Assembly: GCA_049323935.1 (NCBI GenBank) | Contig: JBMONN010000009.1 | Coordinates: forward strand, 11,216-75,215 | Length of the DNA stretch: 64,000 nucleotides | Direction of reading: 5' to 3' | DNA from: Thermodesulfobacteriota bacterium | GTDB taxonomy: Bacteria > Desulfobacterota > Desulfobulbia > Desulfobulbales > SURF-16 | Shown here: piece after piece, positions 28,197-37,105 of the stretch | Numbering within the stretch: the first letter of the stretch is position 1 | Layout: the number at the start of each line of letters is the position of its first letter | Notes under the pieces: generated by a model | Database searches by the model: none | What the model was told of the DNA's origin: nothing | Seen by the model: the letters and a program-made list of their open reading frames with translations, nothing else | Made by a program: the position numbers and the translations under genes

Positions 28197-28664
28197 TTAG
28201 CAGCTGCGTGCCTCAGGGCGATAAAGAAAACACGGTCGGCGTGCCCTGCCATGCTCCCGGGGAAAAAAGAAGAGAGGCAGGCCGATCAGCAGGTTGCGGA
28301 GGATGGCGAGGTAGACCGGGCTTGCGTTGCCGGTGCCGAAACAGCCGCAGTCAACCGGCAGCAGCAGGTAACCCTCCGACAGATAAAGAAGAAGAAGGGT
28401 AAAGAGGAGATAGAGTGCGCCCATGATCCGGGCAAGTAAACCTGCTCTGATGCCGGAGAGGGCGAAAAGGCCGAGGGCGACTTCCAACGGCGGATACCAG
28501 CGGGCGATGAGGATCATCTGGTCAAGGTTGAGAATACCCTTTTCCAGCAATGTTTCGAGGAGATCGCCCACCCCCGGCGACTTTATCTTGATGGCACCGG
28601 CAGTGACCAGTAAACCGGCGGCCAGATAATAATCGGTGATGATCAGCAGACCGAGAACCTTCAT
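28197..28664 (-). CDS. MauE/DoxX-family redox-associated membrane protein
   Basis: Four predicted TM helices and the CGCFG motif (PVDCGCFGTG). Its start shares one nucleotide with the stop of the upstream MCP (TGATG). Confidence 0.75.
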   Translation of the reverse strand: MKVLGLLIITDYYLAAGLLVTAGAIKIKSPGVGDLLETLLEKGILNLDQMILIARWYPPLEVALGLFALSGIRAGLLARIMGALYLLFTLLLLYLSEGYLLLPVDCGCFGTGNASPVYLAILRNLLIGLPLFFFPREHGRARRPCFLYRPEARSC

Positions 28665-30100
28665 CAGGCATCCGTCGCTGCCTCGCCGGTGTCGTTTCCT
28701 TCCCAGAATCGCATCAGGGTGTGCATCATGTGGTGCAGGCGCTCCACCTGTTCCTTGACATCCTGAACGGTGGCCGATGCCTCCTGCGACATGGCGGCCT
28801 GCGATTGCACCATATCGTTGATCGAGGCGACCGAAGCGCGGATCTTTTCCTCTGTCACCGATTGCCGTTTGTCGGTTTCCATAATTTTTGTCATCTGAAA
28901 CACCACGGCATCAGCGGCGTTGCTGACCTCGGCAAAGGACGTTTTCAGGGTGTCGACCATGGCGACTCCGGTCGTCACTTTTGTGTCAAGTCGCTTGATG
29001 ATCGCGGCGACCATGCTCGATGTTTCAGCGGTGCGGGTGGCAAGGTTGCGCACCTCGGCAGCCACCACGGCAAAGCCGGCGCCGGCCTCACCGGCCCGGG
29101 CCGCCTCGACCGCGGCATTCAAGGCAAGAAGGTTGGTCTGAAAGGCGATTTCCTCGATGTCTTTGACCAGCGCCGAGATCTCTTTGTCCGCGTCCACCAC
29201 CTCCCGCATGGCGCCTACCACATCCTCGATGGAGCCGCTGGAGCGGGTGGCGGTCCGTTGCAGATCGTTTGCCGCACTCTCCGCCGTTCGGGCCGCTTCG
29301 AGATTTTCTTCAGCCTGGGTTGTCATCTGCGTCATGGTCGAGGAGATGCTGTCGAGCGCCGCCGATGATGAGCTTGTCTCGGTGGCGAGCTGAATCGACA
29401 TGGCGTTGATGTTGTCAATGGCATCCATCAGTCCCTGGGTGGCGTTGGTCGATTCCTGACCCATCCAGTCAAGTTGACGGGAGACGCGTGCGATCATGGA
29501 GAAGATGATGGCACCGATGATGGTCAAGAGGACGATGGAGCCGAGCAGGATGGTGTTGAGTCGGCGGCTGACATCGAGCACATGCCCCATGGCGGTGTTG
29601 TGGCTGGCCGAGCTTTTTTCGGTGATGGCGGCAAGTGCCTTGCGGAGAATGTCGTTTTCCTTGTCAAAGGCCGCGGTCCATGCTGTCTCCTCAGTGTATT
29701 CCTGGTTGACACTGGCCTCCACCATGTTGAGGCCGGCCTCGAAGGAACTCAGGTAGGTTTTTTTGGCCGCGGCGATCTGTTTTGCCGCCTCATCATCGGT
29801 CTGATTGAGTCTGGCAAGCTCGGTGAATTGCTCGATGATTTTTTTGTTGATCGTCTCGATGGCGGCCTGTTCGCTTTTGGTACCGGCGGCGCGGGAGACG
29901 TTGAATTTCTCGATGATATGGGTGACCTGCCCTTTGATCTCGATGGCGATTTTGGTTTCCGGATAGACCTGCCGGGTCACCTTGCCCACCGCTCTTGTAA
30001 ACTGTTTGCTTGCCATCATGGCATAGACGATGATGGTGCCGGAGACGACGAAGAGCAGGAGAAAAAAGAGATAGAGTTTGCGTTTGCCGCCAAATTTCAT
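28664..30100 (-). CDS. Methyl-accepting chemotaxis protein (4-helix-bundle-type periplasmic sensor, no obvious HAMP)
   Basis: TM1 [19 protein letters not shown], ~190-aa helical sensor, TM2, [42 protein letters not shown]. Start taken at the ATG with GGAG 6 nt upstream (30100). 30106 is also possible. The longer track ORF runs through a terminator hairpin. Confidence 0.85.
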   Translation of the reverse strand: MKFGGKRKLYLFFLLLFVVSGTIIVYAMMASKQFTRAVGKVTRQVYPETKIAIEIKGQVTHIIEKFNVSRAAGTKSEQAAIETINKKIIEQFTELARLNQTDDEAAKQIAAAKKTYLSSFEAGLNMVEASVNQEYTEETAWTAAFDKENDILRKALAAITEKSSASHNTAMGHVLDVSRRLNTILLGSIVLLTIIGAIIFSMIARVSRQLDWMGQESTNATQGLMDAIDNINAMSIQLATETSSSSAALDSISSTMTQMTTQAEENLEAARTAESAANDLQRTATRSSGSIEDVVGAMREVVDADKEISALVKDIEEIAFQTNLLALNAAVEAARAGEAGAGFAVVAAEVRNLATRTAETSSMVAAIIKRLDTKVTTGVAMVDTLKTSFAEVSNAADAVVFQMTKIMETDKRQSVTEEKIRASVASINDMVQSQAAMSQEASATVQDVKEQVERLHHMMHTLMRFWEGNDTGEAATDA

Positions 30101-30141
30101 GAACATCTCCGCCAACGTCCGGTTGCCGGACGTTGCGTTGT

Positions 30142-30183
30142 AAAAAAAAAGCAGAGGAGATGAGATTGGCATCTCCTCTGCTT
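30142..30183 (-). terminator. Rho-independent terminator after the periplasmic rhodanese gene
   Basis: On the minus strand: AAGCAGAGGAGAT-gccaatctc-ATCTCCTCTGCTT (13-bp perfect stem) followed by a U9 run. Confidence 0.85.
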
Positions 30184-30226
30184 GTCGGGCTGGTCGGAAG
30201 CCGGAATTTTTCTGTCGCAACCGGTT

Positions 30227-30955
30227 TTATTCGGTCGGCAGGCCCGCCCGTTTCCAGGCGAGCATGCCGCCGTCGAGAATGGCGAGATCGGTGTAGCCCT
30301 TCATGTGAAGAAATTTGCCGGTGATGCCGACCTGCTTGCCGGCATGGTCCATGATGACGATTTTTTTGTCCTTCGGCAGGGAGGTGAACTGTTCGCTCAG
30401 ATCATCGAGGGGAATGGCGACGGCGTTCTTGATGCGGCCCACGTCTTTGACCTCCTCGCCGCGGATGTCGAGGAGCACGGCGCTATCCGCCATGGCCTGG
30501 ACATCAACAGGGGAGAGCCGCGGCAGATCGACCTTGGGATAATCGACCTTTTTTTCCACCGGATAGCCTTTACCGGCCCAGGCCGGCAGCCCTTCATTGT
30601 AAATCATGACGTTGGTGTAGCCGAGAGCGGTGGCTGCGTTGGCGGCAACCTTGCTTTTCGAACATTTCGGCCCCTTGCAGTAGAAGATGAGCAGGGCATT
30701 TTTGTCGGCCGGCAGCAGCGGGTTGTCGGCGGTCACTTTGCTGCTCGGAATATTGATGGAGCCGGCAATGTACATTTCGTCATGTTCGATGGCGCTTAAG
30801 GCGTCGATCAGCACAAGTGGTTCCTTGGCGTCGATTTTCTGTTTCAGCTGATCGGTGGTGATCAGGACATCTGCGGCCAGAATCGGTTTGGCAGAGAGAA
30901 ACAGGGCGAGGGCCGCCATCACTGACATGAGTAGAGAAAAACGCAGTTTTTTCAT
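30227..30955 (-). CDS. Periplasmic tandem-rhodanese protein (Cys paralogue of the selenoprotein)
   Basis: Signal peptide MKKLRFSLLMSVMAALALFLSAKPILA. Domain 1 has loop FYCKGPKCSKS. Domain 2 has VIMDHAGKQ. AGGAG RBS before ATG 30955. The longer track ORF has no support. Confidence 0.85.
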   Translation of the reverse strand: MKKLRFSLLMSVMAALALFLSAKPILAADVLITTDQLKQKIDAKEPLVLIDALSAIEHDEMYIAGSINIPSSKVTADNPLLPADKNALLIFYCKGPKCSKSKVAANAATALGYTNVMIYNEGLPAWAGKGYPVEKKVDYPKVDLPRLSPVDVQAMADSAVLLDIRGEEVKDVGRIKNAVAIPLDDLSEQFTSLPKDKKIVIMDHAGKQVGITGKFLHMKGYTDLAILDGGMLAWKRAGLPTE

Positions 30956-31182
30956 GATTCCGATCTCCTGTGGTGCTGGGTGGTAACGTGAGAGTAGCGG
31001 GACAGAACGGCTCTTCGCAGGTCGCCTCTGGTTGCGGCGGGTTATTGACGAATGGGCCGCCCTGTATGTCTGAACATCAGTATAGGGACAAAAAAAGGGA
31101 AAAATCAAAAAAAAAAGTGATGCGACAGGGTTTTTTTTGGAACAATAAAATATTTTTGTGTTTCTTGAGAGATAATATTTAT

Positions 31183-31211
31183 TTGAGTTCATTTCTTGGG
31201 TGTGCTAAGCT
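31183..31211 (+). promoter_or_regulatory. Putative sigma-70 promoter for the rhodanese selenoprotein gene
   Basis: TTGAGT, 17 nt, TAAGCT, in an AT-rich divergent intergenic region. Confidence 0.3.
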
Positions 31212-31305
31212 GGACTAATGTGACATTTTGTCTCAGTATTGTCGGGCGAATGCACATTGTGGTGCTGTTGCGGCGCAAAATATAAATAATAATGTTGGAG
31301 GGAAC

Positions 31306-32628
31306 ATGCAGAAAAAAATTTTACAGAAATTCGTGCCGGTGATGATTTTTTTTGCGTTGCTGGTCGGCTGCGGCGCCAAAAATGGTGAGGTAGCGCCGGC
31401 GGCCGGCAATGACGTGGGGAAAACCGTTGTCCAGAAGGAGCAGAACGTCTACAAGGGCGAGGTGACGGGCAAGTCAGAGAAGGCAAAAACCATTTCCATG
31501 AAGGTTGGCAAAGGCGAGGATGCCAAGAGCGTCATGGTCAAGTTTGACGACCAGACCACCGGCCTCGAGTTTGCCGAAAAGGGGCAGGCAGCCATCGTCG
31601 AATACCGGATGGTCGGCTCGGACAAGGTTGCCACGGTCATTAAACCGAAACTGGCCGAGCTGCCCAAAGGAACCTCCGAGGCAAAGACCGATTATGTCGC
31701 CGCTCTCATCGCCAAGGGCGGCGCCTATCAGCTCATCGATTCCCGGCCGGCGGGGCGCTTCCATGCCGGCTCTCTGCCGACTGCAGTCAGTATCCCGGTG
31801 GATCAGCTGAAGAAGGAAGGGGCGGGCCTGCTGCCCAAGGATAAAAACACTGAACTGATCTTTTTCTGCGGAGGGCCCACCTGAGGGATGAGCACCGATT
31901 CCGCCGGTCTGGCGGTAAAAGCAGGATACAAGAACGTCAAGGTTTATCTCGAAGGCGCGCCCGGCTGGCAGAAGGCCGGCAATTATGTCGTGGCCAGCAA
32001 TAATTTTGTCGAGAAGGGTAATATCGTCCTCGTTGATCTGCGCAGTGCGGCCGAGTACAATCAGGGGCATATTCCGAGGGCCTACAGCATCCCCTTTGCC
32101 GAACTGGAAGACGCCGAGGATGATTTCCCGGAGAACAAGACGGCGCCCATCGTCTTTTACGGGGACAACGCGGTCAAGGCCTTCAAGATGGCGAAAAAAT
32201 GGGGTTACAAGGGATCCGCTGTCTACGAAGGCGGCATTGCGGCATGGACTACGGCCGGCAAAAACCTCGATACCTCCGCCTCCCCGGATGAAATCGTCTG
32301 GGTCCGTATCCTTGGTCCCGGAGAGATCAGCACCGCTGATTTTCAGAAGGTCATCGATAATCAGCCGGCCGACAAGCTTATTCTCGATGTGCGCACCAAC
32401 GACGAGGTCAAGGACGGCATGTTCCCCGGTGCCGCCCATATCCCGTTGGATGAGCTTGGCGCAAAGATGAATACCCTGCCCAAGGACAGGGAGATTCTTG
32501 TCCACTGCACCACCGGCGCCCGGGCGGAAATGGCCTATGACGAGCTGAAGAAATCCGGCTTCACAGTCCGCTATGTCGTCTGTAATGTGGAGTGTGATGC
32601 CGATGATGGGTGTGAAATCGTTGAATAG
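31306..32628 (+). CDS. Triple-rhodanese lipoprotein, predicted selenoprotein (Sec at codon 193, TGA 31882-31884)
   Basis: Lipobox LLVGC. Track ORFs 31228..31884 and 31888..32628 share a frame and are separated only by TGA-GGG. Read-through [40 protein letters not shown] aligns with FYCKGPK-C-SKSKVAANAATALGYTNVMIYNEGLPAWAGKG of the neighbouring paralogue. The third domain has the canonical loop HCTTGARA. Confidence 0.8.
31882..31915 (+). promoter_or_regulatory. UGA + candidate bacterial SECIS hairpin
   Basis: 16 nt after the UGA: CCGCC-GGUCU-GGCGG (31901-31915), a 5-bp GC stem with a GGUCU apical loop. It can extend by two A-U pairs if U31916 is bulged. Confidence 0.55.
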
Positions 32629-32659
32629 GTAACCGTTGCTCTTTTTCGACCTCTCGGAA

Positions 32660-32701
32660 AGGGGTACCGGACGCGCAGGCGTTCGGTGCCCCTTTTTTTT
32701 T
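32660..32701 (+). terminator. Rho-independent terminator after the rhodanese selenoprotein gene
   Basis: AGGGGUACCG-(14-nt loop)-CGGUGCCCCU, a 10-bp stem with one G-U pair, followed by a U9 run. Confidence 0.85.
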
Positions 32702-32861
32702 GTGTGGTTGCCCCTCTCCGCGCCCTTTCCTGTCAGGCATTGAAAAAAAACTTTTCTTCCGGGTGGCCCCCACCTATAATCAGACCAGCAGACCATACCA
32801 TTATCACTGCTCTCTTATCGCCGCCGTGCGCCCACTTGCCGCAATCAGACAACAGGAGAAA

Positions 32862-34643
32862 ATGCCGATGATGCTTGTCCCCAACATCAAAACCAGGATG
32901 ATTGTCATGATCTGTGTGTCCCTGCTGGGACTGCTCATTGTTTTTCTCAATGCCAACCAAGCGCTTACCCGTAATATCGATATCAGCTCCCGGGTCAAAA
33001 ACGAAAAATTCGTGATGGCCATTGATATCGAAAAATTCAGCGCCGAGGCCCGCAAACTCTCAGCTGATGTGGAGATCAGCGCGACAACCGAATCCCTCGA
33101 CAACCTGGAAAAGGCCAAGGCGGACAAGGCTGCTCTGGCCAAGCGGATCACGGAAATTGCGGCAACCTCGCATAATGAGGAGATGAAAAAGCTGCTTACC
33201 GATCTTGGCAGGATGACGGATCAGGTGCTGGATGCCGGCAAGCGTTGGGTGGAGTTTGCTTTTGCCCAGCAGTATGCCGAATCGTTCGCCGCCGAAGAGG
33301 AGTTCAAGGGGTTGAAAAAGAAATATTTTGATTTGCTGGGGCAATTACAGAAACAGGCTCGTTCCGATCTTGAGCAGTCCCTTGATCTCATTCATTCCCT
33401 CTCCCGGCAGAGCATCCGCATCAATCTGGTCATCTTTTGCATTACCGTGCCTATTGTCCTTTTCCTCTCCGTCTTCACGGTTGTCACCATTGTCCGCCCC
33501 CTGGAAAAAACAGTGCATTTCGCCGAAAAGGTGGCGGCAGGCGATGTCTCCCATCAGCTCGACATCACGACCAAAGACGAATTGGGAGCCATGAGTCGGG
33601 CGTTAAACAATATGGTGCAGAGCCTTGCCCAGAAAAGCGCAGTGGCGGAATCGATCGCCGCCGGTGATCTGCGCTGCGAGGTGGGGATTGCCTCGGCGCA
33701 GGACACCCTGGGTCACTCCCTGAAAAAGATGGTGGAGAACCTGGGGGCCATGATCGAGGATGTTCAGAAAAACGCCGCTCATCTCTCCGTCGCCGCCGAT
33801 TCTCTCTCCGGGCTTTCCATGCACATGGCGGAAGGGGCGGAGGAGATGAGCGCCCAGACCCAGGATGCAACATCCTTTATCCATGATATCAGCGCCCATG
33901 CCCAGAACGTCACCGCCACCGCCCGCAAGATGTCGGAGAACATGGGCGCCATCGCCGAGACGACGGAACGGATGTCCGCCGCCATTCTCGCCATCGGCAC
34001 CAATGCCAGGGACGGGGTTGAGGTGACGGAGGCGGCGATCACCATGTCCGATCGGGCGACCCGGACCATCATGTCACTGCACGAGACGGCCATTGAGATC
34101 GGTAAGGTGACCACCGCCATCAATGACATCACCGAGCAGACCAAGCTGCTGGCCTTGAACGCCACCATCGAGGCGGCCCGGGCCGGCGAGGCCGGTAAGG
34201 GCTTTGCCGTGGTTGCCGGCGAGGTGAAAGAGCTGGCCAAGCAGAGTGCTGTCGCCGCGGAAAATATTGCAACTCTTATCGGCCAGGTGCAGAACAGTAC
34301 CGGCGATGCGGTCCATGTCATCGGCGAGGTGGCCGACACAATCAGGAAGGTGAATCAGTCATCCCGCCAGATCAGTCAGGCGGTGGAAGAGCAGGCCCGA
34401 GAATCGCACGGCATGGCGGTCAGTGTCACTGAGGTCAATGAAGGGGCAAACAACATTGCCGCCGCCATCCGCGAGCTGGCGGCCAAGGCCCATGACACGG
34501 CGACCAATATCAGTGAGGTCAAAACCGTGGTTGATAACAGCACCGAGGGGATCCACAAGATTTCCGGCGCTGCGGCGGAACTGTCGGAACTTGCCGGCCG
34601 GCTGGATGAACTGGTCGGTCAATTTCATCTGGAGCGGTCGTAA
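32862..34643 (+). CDS. Methyl-accepting chemotaxis protein (helical periplasmic sensor + HAMP)
   Basis: CAGGAG RBS before ATG 32862. Two TM segments. HAMP ([41 protein letters not shown]). [41 protein letters not shown]. Confidence 0.88.
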   Translation: MPMMLVPNIKTRMIVMICVSLLGLLIVFLNANQALTRNIDISSRVKNEKFVMAIDIEKFSAEARKLSADVEISATTESLDNLEKAKADKAALAKRITEIAATSHNEEMKKLLTDLGRMTDQVLDAGKRWVEFAFAQQYAESFAAEEEFKGLKKKYFDLLGQLQKQARSDLEQSLDLIHSLSRQSIRINLVIFCITVPIVLFLSVFTVVTIVRPLEKTVHFAEKVAAGDVSHQLDITTKDELGAMSRALNNMVQSLAQKSAVAESIAAGDLRCEVGIASAQDTLGHSLKKMVENLGAMIEDVQKNAAHLSVAADSLSGLSMHMAEGAEEMSAQTQDATSFIHDISAHAQNVTATARKMSENMGAIAETTERMSAAILAIGTNARDGVEVTEAAITMSDRATRTIMSLHETAIEIGKVTTAINDITEQTKLLALNATIEAARAGEAGKGFAVVAGEVKELAKQSAVAAENIATLIGQVQNSTGDAVHVIGEVADTIRKVNQSSRQISQAVEEQARESHGMAVSVTEVNEGANNIAAAIRELAAKAHDTATNISEVKTVVDNSTEGIHKISGAAAELSELAGRLDELVGQFHLERS

Positions 34644-34906
34644 TGCATGATGTCCGTATCGCCATTGACGGGGTTGCCGTCGATTTCGAGACGGCACGGG
34701 GGGTGGCGGTGGCCGTTGCCGGCCGGCACGGGGATGAAGAACCCATGCTCATTGCCTGGAGTGACCGGGCGCGGGGCAGGCACTCGCCGAGCTGTGTCAA
34801 ATGCGAGCTGCAGGGTGCGCCGGGCTGGGAGGTCTATGGCCGCAATCATGGCGGCCGGCTGCGCATCAGCGTCAATGAGGATGCCTATGTCTTCATCTAC
34901 GGCTGA
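34643..34906 (+). CDS. Small conserved-looking hypothetical protein, translationally coupled to the MCP
   Basis: Its ATG overlaps the MCP stop (TAATG: stop 34641-34643, start 34643-34645, one shared nt). 87 aa with PMLIAWSDRARGRHSPSCVKCE...PGWEVYGRNHGGRLRISVNEDAYVFIYG. Double stop TGATGA. No family assigned. Confidence 0.55.
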   Translation: MHDVRIAIDGVAVDFETARGVAVAVAGRHGDEEPMLIAWSDRARGRHSPSCVKCELQGAPGWEVYGRNHGGRLRISVNEDAYVFIYG

Positions 34907-35025
34907 TGAAGGATGACCGGCAGCAGCGGTCCGCCTGGTTCAGAGAATCTTGACCTGCATGGTGGTTAATGGTACTGTTGCTGCCGTTTGCCGTTTTTTT
35001 CATCAACCATGAACCCAGGTCTCCG

Positions 35026-35805
35026 ATGGAACAGAACCTCCGACCAGAAAAATCCTTTCCCGAGGGCATGGTCCCGCTGGGGGGATCACCCTTTCGTTTT
35101 TCCTGCCATCCCGGCGTCTCCTGCTTCATGACCTGCTGCCGCAACGTCAATATGCTGTTGTACCCCTATGACATCATTGAACTGAAAAAATGTCTTGGGA
35201 TCACCTCCGGGGAATTTCTTGAGCGCCATGTCCAGGTGGTCCAGGGCGCCAATCCCTTTTTTCCGGCCCTGACCATGAAGATGAACACCGACAACGCCTG
35301 TCCCTTTCTCGGAACCGCCGGCTGCACCGTCTATGAGCACCGGCCGTTGTCCTGCCGCATGTACCCGCTGGAGCGGGGAGTGGATCGCCACCCGGAAAAG
35401 GGCCGGCCGGCTGAGTTTTATTTTCTTACCCATCATGATTATTGCAAAGGGCACGCCGAGAACACGGAGTGGACGGTGAAGGAGTGGCTGCGCGGCCAGA
35501 ATCTTCTCTTTCACAACGCCATGGCCGATCAGTGGGCGGAAATGGATACGCTGTTCGCCGGCAATCCATGGGCCGGGGAAGGGGCAGCCGGCCCCATGCA
35601 GCAATTGGCCTTCATGGTCTGCTACAATATCGACGGGTTTCGGGAGTATGTCCGCCACCACAACCTGTTGTCTCAGTTCAAACTTTCCGGCAGTCGCATC
35701 CGGTCGATTGAAAACGATGATGAAGCGCTGCTCTCCTTCGGTTACGACTGGCTGAAGCTGCTGCTCGTCAACCAGCCGACCCTGCGGCGCCGCCCGGCGC
35801 GGTGA
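35026..35805 (+). CDS. YkgJ-family cysteine-cluster protein
   Basis: FRFSCHPGVSCFMTCCRN ... CPFLGTAGCTVYEHRPLSCRMYP matches the CxxCxxCC-type YkgJ/UPF0153 pattern. Confidence 0.75.
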   Translation: MEQNLRPEKSFPEGMVPLGGSPFRFSCHPGVSCFMTCCRNVNMLLYPYDIIELKKCLGITSGEFLERHVQVVQGANPFFPALTMKMNTDNACPFLGTAGCTVYEHRPLSCRMYPLERGVDRHPEKGRPAEFYFLTHHDYCKGHAENTEWTVKEWLRGQNLLFHNAMADQWAEMDTLFAGNPWAGEGAAGPMQQLAFMVCYNIDGFREYVRHHNLLSQFKLSGSRIRSIENDDEALLSFGYDWLKLLLVNQPTLRRRPAR

Positions 35806-35833
35806 TCCGCTCGCGCGCGGAGGTTGACATTTC

Positions 35834-36178
35834 ATGCAGACGATCAAAAACTATTGTGCCGTTGGTCTCCTTTTTTCTCTGATTGTTGCCCAGCTTGTCG
35901 GCTGCGGCCAGAATGCGCCCTTCGAGTATACCTATACTTCGCCGGACAGCGTCGAGATCCGCTACCAGGATAAAACCTATCAGATTAGCCGAGCCGGAGG
36001 CCCGGACAATCTGCCCTTCACTTATGCCTTTGAGACGGATGGCGATGTCGATCTTGTTTTAAACGGCGAGACCTATGAGCTGGAAAGCCCCTATGACGTC
36101 GATGGCTCACTGAAGAAAAAGAGCACTGGGAAAAAGACGAAAAGGAAGACATCGAGCCGTCGTTCCTCCCCCCGGTAG
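35834..36178 (+). CDS. Lipoprotein of unknown function with Lys/Arg/Ser-rich tail
   Basis: Lipobox AQLVGC. No recognised domain. C-terminus is KKKSTGKKTKRKTSSRRSSPR. Confidence 0.55.
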   Translation: MQTIKNYCAVGLLFSLIVAQLVGCGQNAPFEYTYTSPDSVEIRYQDKTYQISRAGGPDNLPFTYAFETDGDVDLVLNGETYELESPYDVDGSLKKKSTGKKTKRKTSSRRSSPR

Positions 36179-36181
36179 GGC

Positions 36182-36934
36182 TTAGCGGAAAATCTTTTGC
36201 AGCATGTCGGTTGTTCGTTTGGCCGGATCCCGGCGGATGGCCGCCTCTTCGCGGGCGAGAGAGAAGAAGATACCGGCCAGTCCCCCGTTAACGACATGGG
36301 CGGTGAGATCGGCTTTGGCATCCGGGACAAAGGGGATAGCGCGGTAGGAGGCCATGACGCTGTCATAGGTTCTGACCGCCTCGGTTTCGGCCAGTGACTG
36401 CGAGACAATCGGTGTCATTTCTTCTGTCAGTTGCGGGGTGAGTTTTTTCTGGAAATAACGGGTCGCCGCATCCTCAGGACCGTTGTAGATCGCCATGGCA
36501 TCATCGAGGGTCATCTCCGTGATGGCAGCCAGAAACAGCTCCTTGGCTCTGGGGGTTGCCAGTTCCGCGGCCCGGTTAAGGCGAATTTCCAGGTCGTCGA
36601 GCATGGCCGACTTGCCGACCGTTTTTAAGGCATCCCGGACGACGCGCATCTTTTCCGGCAGCGGAATGTGGATTTCGGGATTCAGGTTGAAGCCGTCCGG
36701 ACGGCCGAGCTGGCTGACTACGGTTTCCGTACCCACCCGCAAGGCGTCCTTGAGGCCGACGGTCACGTCACCGACGCTCGGCTGCGAGGTGGAAAGTGAG
36801 CCCGGCGCGGTCCCCTGCAGGGCATCGACCCCTTTCTGCAACCAGCCCGACTGGGCGGGAGTATGGCCCGGAAAAAACAGGCAAGCGGCGAGCAGGGTGA
36901 AGAGGCAGCCGGCACGGGTGATTCGTCTGTTCAT
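36182..36934 (-). CDS. DUF4197 domain protein (secreted)
   Basis: Signal peptide. GLKDALRVGTE.VV..LGR.DGF..NP...IPLPE, NRAAE, DAATRYF, and C-terminal AREEAAIRRDPAKRTTDMLQKIF, the typical DUF4197 pattern. Confidence 0.75.
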   Translation of the reverse strand: MNRRITRAGCLFTLLAACLFFPGHTPAQSGWLQKGVDALQGTAPGSLSTSQPSVGDVTVGLKDALRVGTETVVSQLGRPDGFNLNPEIHIPLPEKMRVVRDALKTVGKSAMLDDLEIRLNRAAELATPRAKELFLAAITEMTLDDAMAIYNGPEDAATRYFQKKLTPQLTEEMTPIVSQSLAETEAVRTYDSVMASYRAIPFVPDAKADLTAHVVNGGLAGIFFSLAREEAAIRRDPAKRTTDMLQKIFR

Positions 36935-37105
36935 GATGTTGTCCTTTTGGGAATCAGGTGGGAAAGGGGGCGGTATTTTTTTTATTATGGAAATAACCGA
37001 TCGGCTCTGTCAACCGGGAAGGTGCGGAGGGGATCGCCTTCCGGGGTGAGGCAACATGATGAATCTCCTGCCGATTTCCCCCTTCCTGCTCAATTCGGCA
37101 ATCGT

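Noticed and set aside
31888-32628. Treating 31228..31884 and 31888..32628 as two independent genes (start at MSTDS...)
   Set aside because: The split falls inside a rhodanese active-site loop, the two parts are in the same frame, and the TGA aligns with Cys of the adjacent paralogue. A single recoded (or Cys-mutated) gene explains the data better. The 31228 start also lacks an RBS, unlike ATG 31306.
32775-32780. Perfect TATAAT hexamer upstream of the second MCP gene
   Set aside because: There is no acceptable -35 at 16-18 nt (TTTTCT at best; TTGAAA is 29 nt away) and no TG extension. It is kept only as a note, not called as a promoter.
34647-34916. 89-aa ORF in the alternative frame after the MCP gene
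   Set aside because: Its translation (MMSVSPLTGLPSISRRHGGWRWPLPAGTG...) is Arg/Gly/Pro-rich noise. The 34643 frame gives a protein-like sequence and is coupled to the MCP stop.
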